This document shows positions 9,350 to 19,616 of a stretch of 64,000 bases of DNA, one piece after another. Below the pieces are notes generated by a model. That model saw only the letters and a program-made list of their open reading frames with translations. It did not search any database and was not told the DNA's origin. Numbering within the stretch: position 1 is the stretch's first letter; the number at the start of each line of letters is the position of its first letter. The position numbers and the translations under genes are program-made. The DNA comes from Planctomycetota bacterium (GTDB lineage: Bacteria; Planctomycetota; UBA1135; UBA2386). The DNA lies in assembly GCA_965228735.1 (NCBI GenBank), contig OZ245838.1:6112001-6176000 (forward strand), given 5' to 3'.

Positions 9350-10428
9350 ACCGCCTCGATCGCTACGTCGGTAAGACGGTGCTCGGGGCGTTCATCGCCG
9401 CGCTGGCGTTCTTCACGCTGCTCGTGATCATCATGGACGTGCTCGGCAACATGCCACGCTACGTTCGAGTCGCACAGGAGCAGGAGCTGTCGAGTGCAGG
9501 GCTCGCGCTCCTGATGTTCGACTACTACGTCGTACTGTTACCCGTGCTGCTCGTGTCGATCGTCCCGTTCGTGACGGTGATCGCGTGCATGTTCGCGCTG
9601 GCCAGGCTGCAGCATGCCAACGAGGTCGTCCCGATGCTGTTCGTCGGGCGACCGATGCGGCGAGTGCTGCGGCCGATGATGCTCTGCGGTCTGCTTGCAG
9701 CTCTCGGCATGGTCGCGTGCTGGCAGTGGGTCGTGCCGGAGGTCGCGCCGCGTTTCACGCAGCTCACGCAGCAGCTCAATCGCGGCCGCTCGACGCAGGA
9801 GACTCTCGTCGACGAGTCGCCGGACGGCGCGCTCATGCGGCGGCTCTACGTCGGCGAGTTCGAACCGGGCAAGAACACGATCCGCGGCGTCCACATGCTC
9901 GTCGAGGCCGTGCTGGCCGCCGACAGCGTGATGATCACCGCGGACTCCGGCGTGTGGGACGAGGAGGCGTCGGACTGGCGGCTGGAGAACGGTTGGCGCG
10001 AAACCGTCGAGAACAAGCAGCAGATCGGCTTCCTCGGCCGCCCAGACCTCGCCCCCGAGGTGCTGCTCCAGCGCGGCCGTTCGCAGATCGAGGCCGACGC
10101 GCAGTCCTACACCCAGCTCGCCGAGACGATGGCGCTGCGCTCACATCGCGCCGACGTCCGCCTCGCGTTCCACCGCCACATCACCTATCCGCTCGCCAAC
10201 CTGATCCTGCTGATGCTCGCGCTGCCGCTCGCGGTCTGGTTCGAACGGGGCAGTCGGATCGAACGCATCCTCATGGCGATCGGGCTCTGCGGCGCCTACG
10301 CGCTGTTCGACCTCGTGTGCCAGAGCCTCGGCGTGCGGGGCTACCTGCACCCCGTGGTCGCGGCGTGGTCGCCGACGATCGTGTTCGGCTCGCTCGGGCT
10401 CGTGTTGTTCGGGGGGATGCGGTCTTGA
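9346..10428 (+). CDS. LptF/LptG-family LPS export permease
   Basis: RLDRYV start, NEVVPMLFVG, C-terminal HPVVAAWSP; ATGA overlap with upstream gene. Confidence 0.88.
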   Translation: MNRLDRYVGKTVLGAFIAALAFFTLLVIIMDVLGNMPRYVRVAQEQELSSAGLALLMFDYYVVLLPVLLVSIVPFVTVIACMFALARLQHANEVVPMLFVGRPMRRVLRPMMLCGLLAALGMVACWQWVVPEVAPRFTQLTQQLNRGRSTQETLVDESPDGALMRRLYVGEFEPGKNTIRGVHMLVEAVLAADSVMITADSGVWDEEASDWRLENGWRETVENKQQIGFLGRPDLAPEVLLQRGRSQIEADAQSYTQLAETMALRSHRADVRLAFHRHITYPLANLILLMLALPLAVWFERGSRIERILMAIGLCGAYALFDLVCQSLGVRGYLHPVVAAWSPTIVFGSLGLVLFGGMRS

Positions 10429-10547
10429 CGGACGGGCATGATTCCGAGGCGTCGCGCGGCCGACTGCCCGGCTGGGTGATCGTTCTGGCCGTGCTGCTGT
10501 TCACGGGGCTCGTCGGCCTGATCATCGTGCTGTCGCCGCGGTCCTGA
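10425..10547 (+). CDS. Putative 40-aa single-TM protein
   Basis: TTG overlaps the upstream TGA (TTGA), G-rich SD-like stretch upstream, hydrophobic WVIVLAVLLFTGLVGLIIVL. Confidence 0.45.
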   Translation: MTDGHDSEASRGRLPGWVIVLAVLLFTGLVGLIIVLSPRS

Positions 10548-10640
10548 CGCCCGGGATTCGAGAATCCTCGGCGAGCTCGATCGTAGAATCCTGCCCGAGC
10601 GCGCGACGCCGTCACGGCGACTGCGCTCCGAGAACCGATC

Positions 10641-11747
10641 ATGACGAATCCGCCATCGCTCACCGCCCTCCTCGTCGCCTTCGGCGGCCTGATCTCGGCC
10701 GCAACACTGCCCGCCCAGGCTGACCCCAAGCCGGCCCCGAGGCCCGCGCAGTTCCTGCCGACCGACTATCACAACGTCCTGTTCGCCGACTTCGCCCAGC
10801 TGCGTGAGAGCGGCGTGCTCGACGAGCTGCGTGTGGGGGCTGGCGGGATGATGCTGCAGCAGCTCGAGCAGGGTATGGGGCTCGAACTCGACAGTCTCCA
10901 GAGCATCACGATGGTGCCGGTGGCGCCGCCCGGGAGCGAGGACGTGCGAATGGGTCGCACGATGACCGTCATGGTGCTCGAAGGGGTCAAGGAACTCGAT
11001 CCGCCGCGGATGGTCGGCGGCTACACCGACGACAGGATCGGCGCGTTCGACGTCAAGCGCAGCGATTCGAGTTGGAAGAACGAGGTGTTCGTGCAGCCGG
11101 GCCCCAAGGTGCAGGTCATCGGCGAGACCGACCTCGTCCGGCCCGTGCTCGAGGGCAAGCTCGGCTCCGGGCAGTCCTGCCCCGATATCCTGTCGCTGCT
11201 GTCCACGCGCCGTGCGGGCCTGCTGTGCTACGCGACGATCCACCTCGCCGACCGCGCGCTCAACCGGCACATGGTCGATTCCTTGTTCGGTGACGAGGAG
11301 TGGCCGGAGAACGGCCAACCGCAGTACATGTTCCTCGACATCCGCGCGATCGGCGATCCGGACGATCCGAACGTGCAGGTCGAGGTCGTGTTCCGGCACC
11401 TGCGGGGCGGCGAGAACGTCGATCTCACGCAGAAGCACTTCGACGCGCTCCTCGCCAAGGCCAAGGAGATCCCGCAGATGCGGATGCTGATGCCGTTGCT
11501 GCAGAAGATCCAGCGGTCGCGCGACAAGTCGGATCTGGTCTACCAGCTCGACCTCGGTCGCGGTCGCGCCGCAGCGGGCAACCTCGCGATGGCGCTCGCG
11601 CCACTGATGTTCATGGGCGCGTCGGCCGAGGCCGCACCGGTCGTCGTCGAGGCGGTCGAGGCGGAGGCCGTCGTGGAGGAGGAGCCCGCTCCCGAACCGG
11701 CGAAGAAGAAGGGTGGCGGCGGCAACACCAAGGGCAACGGCAGGTAG
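10641..11747 (+). CDS. Secreted hypothetical protein
   Basis: Signal peptide ending LPA-QA, typical codon usage, acidic/basic low-complexity tail. Confidence 0.75.
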   Translation: MTNPPSLTALLVAFGGLISAATLPAQADPKPAPRPAQFLPTDYHNVLFADFAQLRESGVLDELRVGAGGMMLQQLEQGMGLELDSLQSITMVPVAPPGSEDVRMGRTMTVMVLEGVKELDPPRMVGGYTDDRIGAFDVKRSDSSWKNEVFVQPGPKVQVIGETDLVRPVLEGKLGSGQSCPDILSLLSTRRAGLLCYATIHLADRALNRHMVDSLFGDEEWPENGQPQYMFLDIRAIGDPDDPNVQVEVVFRHLRGGENVDLTQKHFDALLAKAKEIPQMRMLMPLLQKIQRSRDKSDLVYQLDLGRGRAAAGNLAMALAPLMFMGASAEAAPVVVEAVEAEAVVEEEPAPEPAKKKGGGGNTKGNGR

Positions 11748-11762
11748 TCGCTCCCCGGCTGC

Positions 11763-12764
11763 TCACACGAGATCGGAGTCGCCGAGCGTGTGATACCAGT
11801 GGTCCTTGTAGAACCGCGCGTCGTCGTTCTCGAACGGGATGACGACCTGGAAGTAGGCGGTTCCGAAGACCGAGAACCCGTGGCTCTGGAAGCCGAGGAA
11901 CCGCGGGTCGAGGTGGTTGAACACCGTCGCGAGCACGGCTGAGCCGTTCGCGTTGGCGCGCTGCTCGGCCTTCGCGATCAAGGCGATCGTCGCGTCGTGG
12001 TCATCGGCCGGCGCGAGCCAGTCGGCGAGGAACGTCGTCATCGCCGGGAACGCCCACTCGCGCTGATTGAGCACGGTCACCGCGCGCAGCTTGCCCGTGT
12101 TCTTCTCGCGGCACTCGAGCAATTCGTAGTCGGCGTCGTGCGCGTCCGCGAACCGCCAGTTGAGATACGTCGCGTCGCGCACGAGCGACAGCCGACTCTG
12201 ATCCTGCAGGCTCTGCCACAGCGTGTCCGTGTTGCTGTCGAACCGTTCGACCGCGCGCACCTCTAGCTCGGCGCTCGTAGACCGCTTGGCGAAGCCATCG
12301 GCCGGCCGTTGCTCGAACAGGAAGTCCCAGTCGCGCACCATCTCGTAGCGCAGGTACTTCTGCCCGATGCGCCACGTGGCGATCGGCCAGCCGTAGTGGA
12401 ACGCGTTCTGGTGTGGCTCCTTGCCGCCCCAGAGGTCGTAGTGCGCGTGCGCGAGGTTGACGAAGAGCCCGGGGCGCTTGCCCGCGCGACGATGCGCCGG
12501 CAGCACGAACAGGTCGACGCACTGCCCCGCGAGCCGCTCGTTGCCGTCGATTCGCACGCGCACGGGTAGCGTCACGTAGGCGCCGACGATCCCGTCGGTC
12601 TCGTGCGCTGCGACCATGGTGTGGATCTGCCCCGTCGGGTTGTCACGGAACTTCCACTGCCAATGGGCGAGCGAGCGCGTCGGCTCGAACGTCGCGTTGT
12701 GGCCGGCGAGCAGCGACTCCTCGTCACCGGGCTGGTAGGGGCGGATCTCGATCGGGCCGGACAT
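11763..12764 (-). CDS. GNAT-family N-acetyltransferase
   Basis: IRPYQPGDE, WQWKFRDNP, DLFVLPAHRR, RDATYLNWRF, terminal GDSD. Confidence 0.82.
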   Translation of the reverse strand: MSGPIEIRPYQPGDEESLLAGHNATFEPTRSLAHWQWKFRDNPTGQIHTMVAAHETDGIVGAYVTLPVRVRIDGNERLAGQCVDLFVLPAHRRAGKRPGLFVNLAHAHYDLWGGKEPHQNAFHYGWPIATWRIGQKYLRYEMVRDWDFLFEQRPADGFAKRSTSAELEVRAVERFDSNTDTLWQSLQDQSRLSLVRDATYLNWRFADAHDADYELLECREKNTGKLRAVTVLNQREWAFPAMTTFLADWLAPADDHDATIALIAKAEQRANANGSAVLATVFNHLDPRFLGFQSHGFSVFGTAYFQVVIPFENDDARFYKDHWYHTLGDSDLV

Positions 12765-12861
12765 GGGCGTTCTGGAGTAGCGGTCGTCGACTGTATCGGC
12801 AGGATGGCGAACTCGGGTGAGTCACTGAGGGGAACCCTGGGCCTGGGCTAGGATGAGGGTC

Positions 12862-13713
12862 ATGTCCTCCACCGAACCCGTGCCGCCACCGCTCCCACAG
12901 GAGTCCGACGAGAAGCCTGCCGAACGCCGGTTTCCGTGGCCCATCTGGGTCGTCGCGGGGCTGGTTTACGCCTTCTTCCTCACCGTCGCGATCCGCGTTG
13001 GCGACGACGTGCCGTATCAGGCGGGCAAATACCTCGGGTCGATGGGCATCGCGGTCCTGGCATCGTGGGGGCTCTGGCGCCTGGCGTCGCGTGCGACCGG
13101 AGCTGCGTGGGGGGGGCTGCTTCTCGGGGTGGTTCTGATGCTCTTCAGCGACGGCCAGACGCTCCGCCGCGAGCGCGAGGCCAATGATCGCGCGATCGCT
13201 GCGTACTCCGAGGCGGAGCAACGAGTGAACTCGACGGCGGAGCGATTCTTCGCGACCGGCGGATTGGATCTGTCGACTCTCGAGGAGGGGCCGAGCCTCG
13301 AGGCGCGACGCGACCTGCTCGTCGAACTCCGTGGGCTGCTCGAGGATCTGGAGCGTGACCTGCGGACGGGGGACGCGTATCGCGAGGCGCTGCGCGCCGG
13401 CAACGTCGACGCGCGCCGGATCGAGGTGCTCGTGCCGGAGTTCGTCACGGGCGTAGCAAAGATCCACGGCATGCAGGCCGCCTACCTGTCGTGGTGCGAT
13501 GCGGCGCTGAACCTGCTCGAGCTCGCGCAGCAGCACCGCGATCTCTGGTCACTGGATTCGGATGGCGCGTTGGTCGTGTCGGAGGGGGCGGACCCGAAGA
13601 TCGACGCGCAGTTCGACGACGCGGTGGCCGAGGTCGGCACGACCTGGGACCTGCTCGAGCAACGCAGCGCCGCGTTCGCGGAATGGCAGCAGTCGATCGG
13701 CGGGCCGCGCTGA
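12862..13713 (+). CDS. Hypothetical membrane protein
   Basis: Three N-terminal TM segments plus a helical soluble domain; start 12853 or 12862. Confidence 0.65.
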   Translation: MSSTEPVPPPLPQESDEKPAERRFPWPIWVVAGLVYAFFLTVAIRVGDDVPYQAGKYLGSMGIAVLASWGLWRLASRATGAAWGGLLLGVVLMLFSDGQTLRREREANDRAIAAYSEAEQRVNSTAERFFATGGLDLSTLEEGPSLEARRDLLVELRGLLEDLERDLRTGDAYREALRAGNVDARRIEVLVPEFVTGVAKIHGMQAAYLSWCDAALNLLELAQQHRDLWSLDSDGALVVSEGADPKIDAQFDDAVAEVGTTWDLLEQRSAAFAEWQQSIGGPR

Positions 13714-13717
13714 CCTG

Positions 13718-13999
13718 TCAACTCTCGCCCTGCAGCCTCGGACGTCGAAGTCGCAGGAATCCCACGAGGCCGACGATCGGGCAGGCTGCCGCGCCGGCCA
13801 GGCAGACCCAGAGCCAGAAGACGTGCGCCTCGCGCCGTTCGGGTGATGTGGGCGGGCCGCCGCCGGCCCAGCCGTGCCACGTTGCTAGGAGCAGCAGTGG
13901 TGCGATGGCCACGATGCCGAGCACGAGTGAACTCCACGCGGCCGCCTGTCTCATCGAGGAAGAACGTGAGCGCGACGCCGGAGTTTCGCGGTGGCGCAC
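13718..13999 (-). CDS. Small hypothetical membrane protein (two TM)
   Basis: Two hydrophobic segments; fills the gap in a run of minus-strand genes; start uncertain. Confidence 0.45.
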   Translation of the reverse strand: MRHRETPASRSRSSSMRQAAAWSSLVLGIVAIAPLLLLATWHGWAGGGPPTSPERREAHVFWLWVCLAGAAACPIVGLVGFLRLRRPRLQGES

Positions 14000-14012
14000 C
14001 GGGGTCGGGTCC

Positions 14013-14315
14013 TCAGTCCGGCCGCCATTTCAGGTGCGCGCGGACGTCGTCCCCGAAGCCGGCGCCAACCAGCGCATCCCGCCAGTCGAGCTGCGCGAGC
14101 CGGACCGCGTCGGCGAGCGCCGCCATCGAGCCGCCGCTGATCTTGAGGACTGCGAAGCGGATGCGTTCGAATCCAGTCGGCGTCTTCGAACTCCACAGCG
14201 GCAGCGTATCCCCGCACTCGTTCTCGAGGATCCAGCGCGCCTGATCCCGTTCGCCCAGGTCTTCGAACACGGCAACGAGGTGTTGTTCGGTCTTGTCGCT
14301 GAGCGGGATGGCCAT
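14013..14315 (-). CDS. Hypothetical protein (100 aa)
   Basis: Protein-like helical sequence ERIRFAVLKISGG...AQLDWRDALVGAGF; starts 8 nt after the upstream stop. Confidence 0.7.
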   Translation of the reverse strand: MAIPLSDKTEQHLVAVFEDLGERDQARWILENECGDTLPLWSSKTPTGFERIRFAVLKISGGSMAALADAVRLAQLDWRDALVGAGFGDDVRAHLKWRPD

Positions 14316-14323
14316 GGGCTGCG

Positions 14324-15001
14324 TCACCGCAGCTGCTGCAGCAGCTCGTTCGCCACCTTCTCGGACGAAGCCGGATTCTGGCCCGTGATGAGGTGGCCGT
14401 CGACGACGGCGAAGGCCTCCCAGTCTTCGCGCTTCTCGTACTTGCCGCCGAGCTCCCGCAGTCGATCCTCCAGCAGGAACGGCACGACGTCGGTGAGGCC
14501 GACGGCGTCCTCCTCGGAGTTGCTGAACCCGGTGACGCGCTTGCCCTCGACCAGCGGTGCGCCGGCCGGCGTCTTGACCTGATGGAGCACGGCCGGGGCA
14601 TGACACACCGCGGCGATGGGCTTGCCTTGCGCAACGAACGCCTCGATCAGCCCGATCGAGTGCGGGTCCGACGCCAGGTCCCACAGCGGACCGTGCCCAC
14701 CTGGGTAGAACACGGCGTCGAACTCATCGGCGCTCACCGTCGCAAGCTCGACCGTCGCAGCCAGGGCCTGCTGCGCCTCGGAATCGTCCTCGAAGCGGCG
14801 CGTGCTGTCGGTCTGCGCGTCCGGCTGTGAGCTCTTCGGATCGAGGGGCGGCTGTCCGCCCTTCGGCGACGCGAGCGTGAGCTCCGCGCCAGCGTCACGC
14901 AACGCGAAGTAGGGCGCGGTGAACTCTTCGAGCCAGAATCCGGTCTTGTTGCCGGTGTTGCCGAGTCGGTCGTGGGAGGTGAGGACGATGAGGATGCGCA
15001 T
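14324..15001 (-). CDS. DJ-1/PfpI (Hsp31-like) type 1 glutamine amidotransferase-domain protein
   Basis: TGFWLEE, YPGGHGPLWDL, AVCHAP, TGQNPASS. Confidence 0.92.
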   Translation of the reverse strand: MRILIVLTSHDRLGNTGNKTGFWLEEFTAPYFALRDAGAELTLASPKGGQPPLDPKSSQPDAQTDSTRRFEDDSEAQQALAATVELATVSADEFDAVFYPGGHGPLWDLASDPHSIGLIEAFVAQGKPIAAVCHAPAVLHQVKTPAGAPLVEGKRVTGFSNSEEDAVGLTDVVPFLLEDRLRELGGKYEKREDWEAFAVVDGHLITGQNPASSEKVANELLQQLR

Positions 15002-15185
15002 GGGATTCGAAGACGGGTGTGGCCTCCCCCCGTGGACCGGGGCTTAGGACGCGCCGCGCGCAGCTCAAGCCATTTGCCGCGCCCCGCCGCGGTGCGTCGC
15101 GGCAGTCGACGACCGCGTTTCGGTCCTCGCGGTCACCTGCTGGCGATCGCGTCGCTCGATTCGCTTGGAGCGAGCCCGTATGCGC

Positions 15186-15602
15186 TCAATCGCCGGGCAG
15201 CTCGTGCCGGATTGCGGCGACTCGGTTCGCGAGTTCGGTGGGTGTGAGCCGTTCCGAGGCCGTGAAGGTCACGTCGGGAATCTCGGTCAGGCCGAGCCTC
15301 GTGCCGCCCCAGGACTCGAGTTCCGTCGAGCGGCAGGCCGGGCAGACGATCCGGTGGGTCATCGCCAGGCCGTCGATCGGGTCTGCCAACGCTGCGAGGA
15401 ACGGCCAGATCGTCCGGTCATTCCCGGTCAGCAATTTCGCGACGCGTTGCGCGAAGTCGGAACCAGCACTGGCGCGCGCAAAACGTCTGCCGTCGCTGGT
15501 CGAAAGGACGGCTTCGCCATAGGCGAGGTCACCGAAGCTGGCGTGGTGGAACTCCGTCCGACACGACGCACACTTCGCTGCGAGCAGTGCGGCGGCGTTC
15601 AC
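15186..15602 (-). CDS. Hypothetical protein with split CxxC...CxxC (possible Zn ribbon)
   Basis: CASC near the N-terminus and CPAC later; GTG start preceded by GAGGG. Confidence 0.55.
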   Translation of the reverse strand: MNAAALLAAKCASCRTEFHHASFGDLAYGEAVLSTSDGRRFARASAGSDFAQRVAKLLTGNDRTIWPFLAALADPIDGLAMTHRIVCPACRSTELESWGGTRLGLTEIPDVTFTASERLTPTELANRVAAIRHELPGD

Positions 15603-15751
15603 CTGCCCTCGTGACGCTCTTCGAGTTCGTGCGGGCTCACCGACTTGGAGCTGGTCGGGTGAGCCAGGGTCGCAGCATGTCGCCTCGGCCGCGCAGAGCT
15701 TGACGGCCATCGGGGCAAACCGTGGCCTGCGGCGCCCGGTACTCGCAATTC

Positions 15752-18358
15752 TCAATTCGCCCCATGCCGCTCCTGCCAGCGCACCAACAGCTCGTACGCC
15801 TGCCGCGGTGACATGTCGTCGAGGTCCAGTTCCCGCAGCTCCTCGACCAACGGCTCGGGCGGCGGGGCGAACAGCTCGTTCTGGCGCGGGCCGGGCTTGC
15901 TGCGTTCGCGTGCGTTGACCAGTGACTCACGCACGTCGTCGCCTTCGGCTTCGAGCTTGTGCAGCACGGCGGTCGCGCGGTCGAGCACGGTCTTCGGGAT
16001 GCCGGCGAGCTGCGCGACGTGCAGGCCGTAGCTGCGGTCGGTGCCGCCGGGTTCGATGCGGTGCAGGAAGACGATCTCGTCCTGCCATTCGCGCACCGCG
16101 ACGCGGCAGTTGGCGACGCCGTTACCCGGCGTGCCGAGGTCGACGAGCTGGTGGTAGTGGGTGGCGAACAGGCCGCGGCAGCGGATCCGCTCGAGCAGGT
16201 CCTCGGCGATGGCCCACGCGAGCGAGAGCCCGTCGTAGGTGCTCGTGCCGCGGCCGACCTCGTCGAGGATCACGAGGCTCTTCTCGGTCGCGTTGTTGAG
16301 GATGTTGGCCGTCTCGGTCATCTCGACCATGAACGTCGACGCACCGCGGCTGATGTCGTCCGCGCCGCCGACGCGCGTGAAGACGCGGTCGACGAGGCCG
16401 ATGTGCGCGGCCTTGGCGGGCACGAAGCTGCCGATCTGCGCCATGACGACGATCAGCGCGTTCTGCCGGATCCACGTCGACTTGCCGGCCATGTTGGGGC
16501 CGGTGAGGAGCACGAGGCGGCGTTCGGGTGGCTGCAGGTCGGTGTCGTTGGCGACGAACGTGCCGGCTGCGTGCGTCGTCTCGATCACGGGATGGCGGCC
16601 GTCCTCGATCTTCAGCACCGTCGAATCGTCGATCGTCGGTTGGCAGTAGTTGCGTTCCTTCGCGACGGTCGCGAGCGCCGTGAGGACGTCGAGCTCGGCG
16701 AGCGCGCGCGCCGTCGCCTGCAGCCGTTCGCACGCCGCGGACACCTGTTCGCGCAGCGCCGAGAACAGCTCGTACTCGAGCGCCTTGCTGTTCTCCTCGG
16801 CCTTGAGCACCTTGGCCTCGAACTCGCGGAGCTCGTCGGTCACGTAGCGCTCCGCGTTCTTCATCGTCTGCTTGCGCTGGAAGTCGTTCGGCAGCGCGAC
16901 GTCCTTGTGCGTGTGCGTGACCTCGATGTAGAAGCCGAAGACCTTGTTGAACCCGACCTTCAGGCTCGGGATGCCGGTCGTCTCTGCGAGCCGCGTCTGG
17001 TAGTTCGCGAGCCAGACGTTGCTGTCCTTGGCCAGGGTCCGCAGCTCGTCGAGCTCGCTGCTGAAGCCGGTCCGGATCATGCCGCCCTCGCGGACCGACA
17101 GCGGCGGCTCGTCGACGATCGCCTTGCCGATGGCGCTGGCCAGCTCGGGCAGCGTGTCCATGCCCGCGAGTCGCTGCAGCGCCGCGGCGCCGCAACCCTG
17201 CAGCCGTTCGACGAGCGCCGGCAGTTGCCCGAGGCTCTGGCGCAGCCCGGCGAGATCGCGCGCGTTGCCGCGGCCGAACGCGGCGCGGGATGTCAGGCGT
17301 TCGAGATCGAGCACCGGCTCGAGGGCGGCGCGCACCGCGAGCCGCAGATCCGAACCGGCAAACAGCTCGGCCACCGCCGTCTGCCGATCGAGCACGGCCT
17401 CGACGTTCCCGAGCGGCGCGAGCAGCCAGTGCCGCAACAGCCGCGCGCCCATCGGCGTGTCGGTCTCGTCGAGCACGGCGAGCAGCGGCGTGCCCTCGTC
17501 GTCGCGCATCGTCGACACGAGCTCGAGGCTCTGTCGCGTCGCGCGGTCGAGCCGCATGTGCGCGCCGTCGCTGAAGACCTCGAGCCCGCGCAGGTGGGGG
17601 AGCGCGCACAGCTGCGTGTCCTGCAGGTAGGTGACGATCGCGCCGGCTGCACCGACGGCGAGCGGCAGGTCGGTCACTCCGAAGCCGGCGAGCGTCTTGA
17701 GCTTGAAGAACTGCTCCAGCGCGCGCGTCGCTCCATCGGTGCCGAAGTCGTAGCCCGGCCGCCACGTCACGGGCACGCGATTCGCCATGAGCCACGGCGT
17801 GTCGCCGCGCAGCGTTTCCGAGCACAGCAGCTCCGCCGGTTCGATGCGCGCGAGCTCGTCCGGCAGCTGGTCGACCGCGCACTCGTGCACCTGGAACGCG
17901 CCCGTCGAGAGCTCGACCCACGCGATGCCGGCGCGATCCTTGCCCATCGCGACGGCCGCGAGATGGTTCGCGCGGCTGCCGTCGAGCAGGTTGTCCTCGG
18001 TCAGCGTCCCGGGCGTGATCACGCGCACGACCTCGCGGTCGACGACGCCCTTGGCCTCGCTCGGATCGGACATCTGCTCGCAGATCGCCACGTGGTGGCC
18101 CATCTGCACGAGCTTCTTCATGTGCCCGTCGATCGACCGCACGGGCACGCCGGCCATCGGCGTCGCGCTCTCGCCCTTGCCGCGCGCGGTCAGCGTGATG
18201 CCGAGGTCCTTGGCGGCGATCTTCGCGTCCTCGAAGAACAGCTCGTAGAAGTCGCCCATCCGGAAGAACAGCAGCGCGTCGGGGTGCTTGCCCTTGGCAT
18301 CGACGTACTGCTGCATCGCCGGGGACAGCGACGAGCCCTTGCCCTTCGTGCCGCTCAC
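15752..18358 (-). CDS. mutS: DNA mismatch repair protein MutS
   Basis: SPAMQQY, FFRMGDFYELF, TGPNMAGKST, DEVGRGTST, FATHYH, SYGLHVAQLAG. Confidence 0.97.
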   Translation of the reverse strand: MSGTKGKGSSLSPAMQQYVDAKGKHPDALLFFRMGDFYELFFEDAKIAAKDLGITLTARGKGESATPMAGVPVRSIDGHMKKLVQMGHHVAICEQMSDPSEAKGVVDREVVRVITPGTLTEDNLLDGSRANHLAAVAMGKDRAGIAWVELSTGAFQVHECAVDQLPDELARIEPAELLCSETLRGDTPWLMANRVPVTWRPGYDFGTDGATRALEQFFKLKTLAGFGVTDLPLAVGAAGAIVTYLQDTQLCALPHLRGLEVFSDGAHMRLDRATRQSLELVSTMRDDEGTPLLAVLDETDTPMGARLLRHWLLAPLGNVEAVLDRQTAVAELFAGSDLRLAVRAALEPVLDLERLTSRAAFGRGNARDLAGLRQSLGQLPALVERLQGCGAAALQRLAGMDTLPELASAIGKAIVDEPPLSVREGGMIRTGFSSELDELRTLAKDSNVWLANYQTRLAETTGIPSLKVGFNKVFGFYIEVTHTHKDVALPNDFQRKQTMKNAERYVTDELREFEAKVLKAEENSKALEYELFSALREQVSAACERLQATARALAELDVLTALATVAKERNYCQPTIDDSTVLKIEDGRHPVIETTHAAGTFVANDTDLQPPERRLVLLTGPNMAGKSTWIRQNALIVVMAQIGSFVPAKAAHIGLVDRVFTRVGGADDISRGASTFMVEMTETANILNNATEKSLVILDEVGRGTSTYDGLSLAWAIAEDLLERIRCRGLFATHYHQLVDLGTPGNGVANCRVAVREWQDEIVFLHRIEPGGTDRSYGLHVAQLAGIPKTVLDRATAVLHKLEAEGDDVRESLVNARERSKPGPRQNELFAPPPEPLVEELRELDLDDMSPRQAYELLVRWQERHGAN

Positions 18359-19530
18359 TGGACGCCTTCGCCGAACTGGCGCCGTGGTGACGCGCGCACC
18401 ATGCGGCCCGCTTCCTCGACGAGGATCGTCGCCGCGCGTGCGGCCTCGGCCTCGGTGGTGAGATGCGAGAACGACAGCCGCACGACCTCGCGCGCGGCGC
18501 GGCGGCCGAGGCCGATGCCCGTGAGCACGTGGTTCTGCTTGTCGTCCGCGCCGTGGCACGCCGAGCCCGTCGAGAACGCGACGCCGCGCGCGTTGCACCG
18601 CTCGAGGAACGTGCTGCCCACGATGCCGGGCAGCCGCAGCGACAGGATGTGCGGCAGCCGGCGATCGGGATGACCGAGCCGTTCGGCGTCGGGCACGACC
18701 TCGAGCAGCCGTTCGCAGATCATCGCGGCGATCGCTTCGCAATGGCGCGCCGTGCGGTCGAGTCGGGTGAACGCGGCTTCGGCCGCTGTCGCGAGCCCCA
18801 CCGCGCCGGCGACGTTCTCCGTGCCGCCGCGCAGGCCGTCCTCCTGGCCGCCCGCGAGCTGCAGCGGGCGCACGTCGGCCTGGTTGGACAACGCAAGGAA
18901 CCCGGCGCCGCGCGGCCCGTGGAATTTGTGGCCCGACACCGCGACCGAGTCGACGTCGTGGTCGTCGAAGTCGAACGGCACCTTCGTGTAGGTCTGGACG
19001 AGGTCGACGTGGATGTGCGCCTTCGGCGCCTCGCGGCGGATCAGTTCGGTGAGCTCGTCGAGCCGACTCAGCGTGCCGAGCTCGTTGTGACCGTGCATGA
19101 GCGCGACCGTGCGCACGTCGCTGCCGAGCGCTTCGAACAACGTCTCCGGCGCGAGATCGCCGTGCTCGGTCACCGGCAGCACGACCGTGTGGTGGCGCCA
19201 GCGGCCGGTCACCTGATCCGTGCGCAGCAGCGCCGGATGATCGGCGGCGGCCATGAGGATGCGGCCCGGCGGCCGCGCCGCGGCGCTGCCGACAATGCCG
19301 AGGCAGTCCGCCTCGCTGCCACCCGAGGTGAACACGACGCGGCCGGCCGCGAGCGTGCCGCGCAAGAACTCGCGTGCGTCGCTCAGCAGCTTCTGGGCCG
19401 GCGGGCCGAACGAGTGCGGGCTGCTAGGATTGCCGAACGCGTCGAGGTGCGCCTGCGCCATCGCGTCGACGACCTCGGGCAGAGGGCGCGTCGTCGCGGC
19501 GTTGTCGAGGTAGATCGGACCGCCGGTCAT
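18355..19530 (-). CDS. Cysteine desulfurase (IscS/NifS-like, class V aminotransferase)
   Basis: IYLDNAATT, FGNPSS, SGHKFHGPRG (PLP Lys), GGTENV, STGSACH. Confidence 0.92.
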   Translation of the reverse strand: MTGGPIYLDNAATTRPLPEVVDAMAQAHLDAFGNPSSPHSFGPPAQKLLSDAREFLRGTLAAGRVVFTSGGSEADCLGIVGSAAARPPGRILMAAADHPALLRTDQVTGRWRHHTVVLPVTEHGDLAPETLFEALGSDVRTVALMHGHNELGTLSRLDELTELIRREAPKAHIHVDLVQTYTKVPFDFDDHDVDSVAVSGHKFHGPRGAGFLALSNQADVRPLQLAGGQEDGLRGGTENVAGAVGLATAAEAAFTRLDRTARHCEAIAAMICERLLEVVPDAERLGHPDRRLPHILSLRLPGIVGSTFLERCNARGVAFSTGSACHGADDKQNHVLTGIGLGRRAAREVVRLSFSHLTTEAEAARAATILVEEAGRMVRASPRRQFGEGVQ

Positions 19531-19616
19531 CCCGGTAGCATCGCGACCGGTCGCGACCGGGCAAGTCGTGGGGTGGCCAATTCGGGGGCCGCCGCCCGTT
19601 CTCGTGCCGGGGACGA

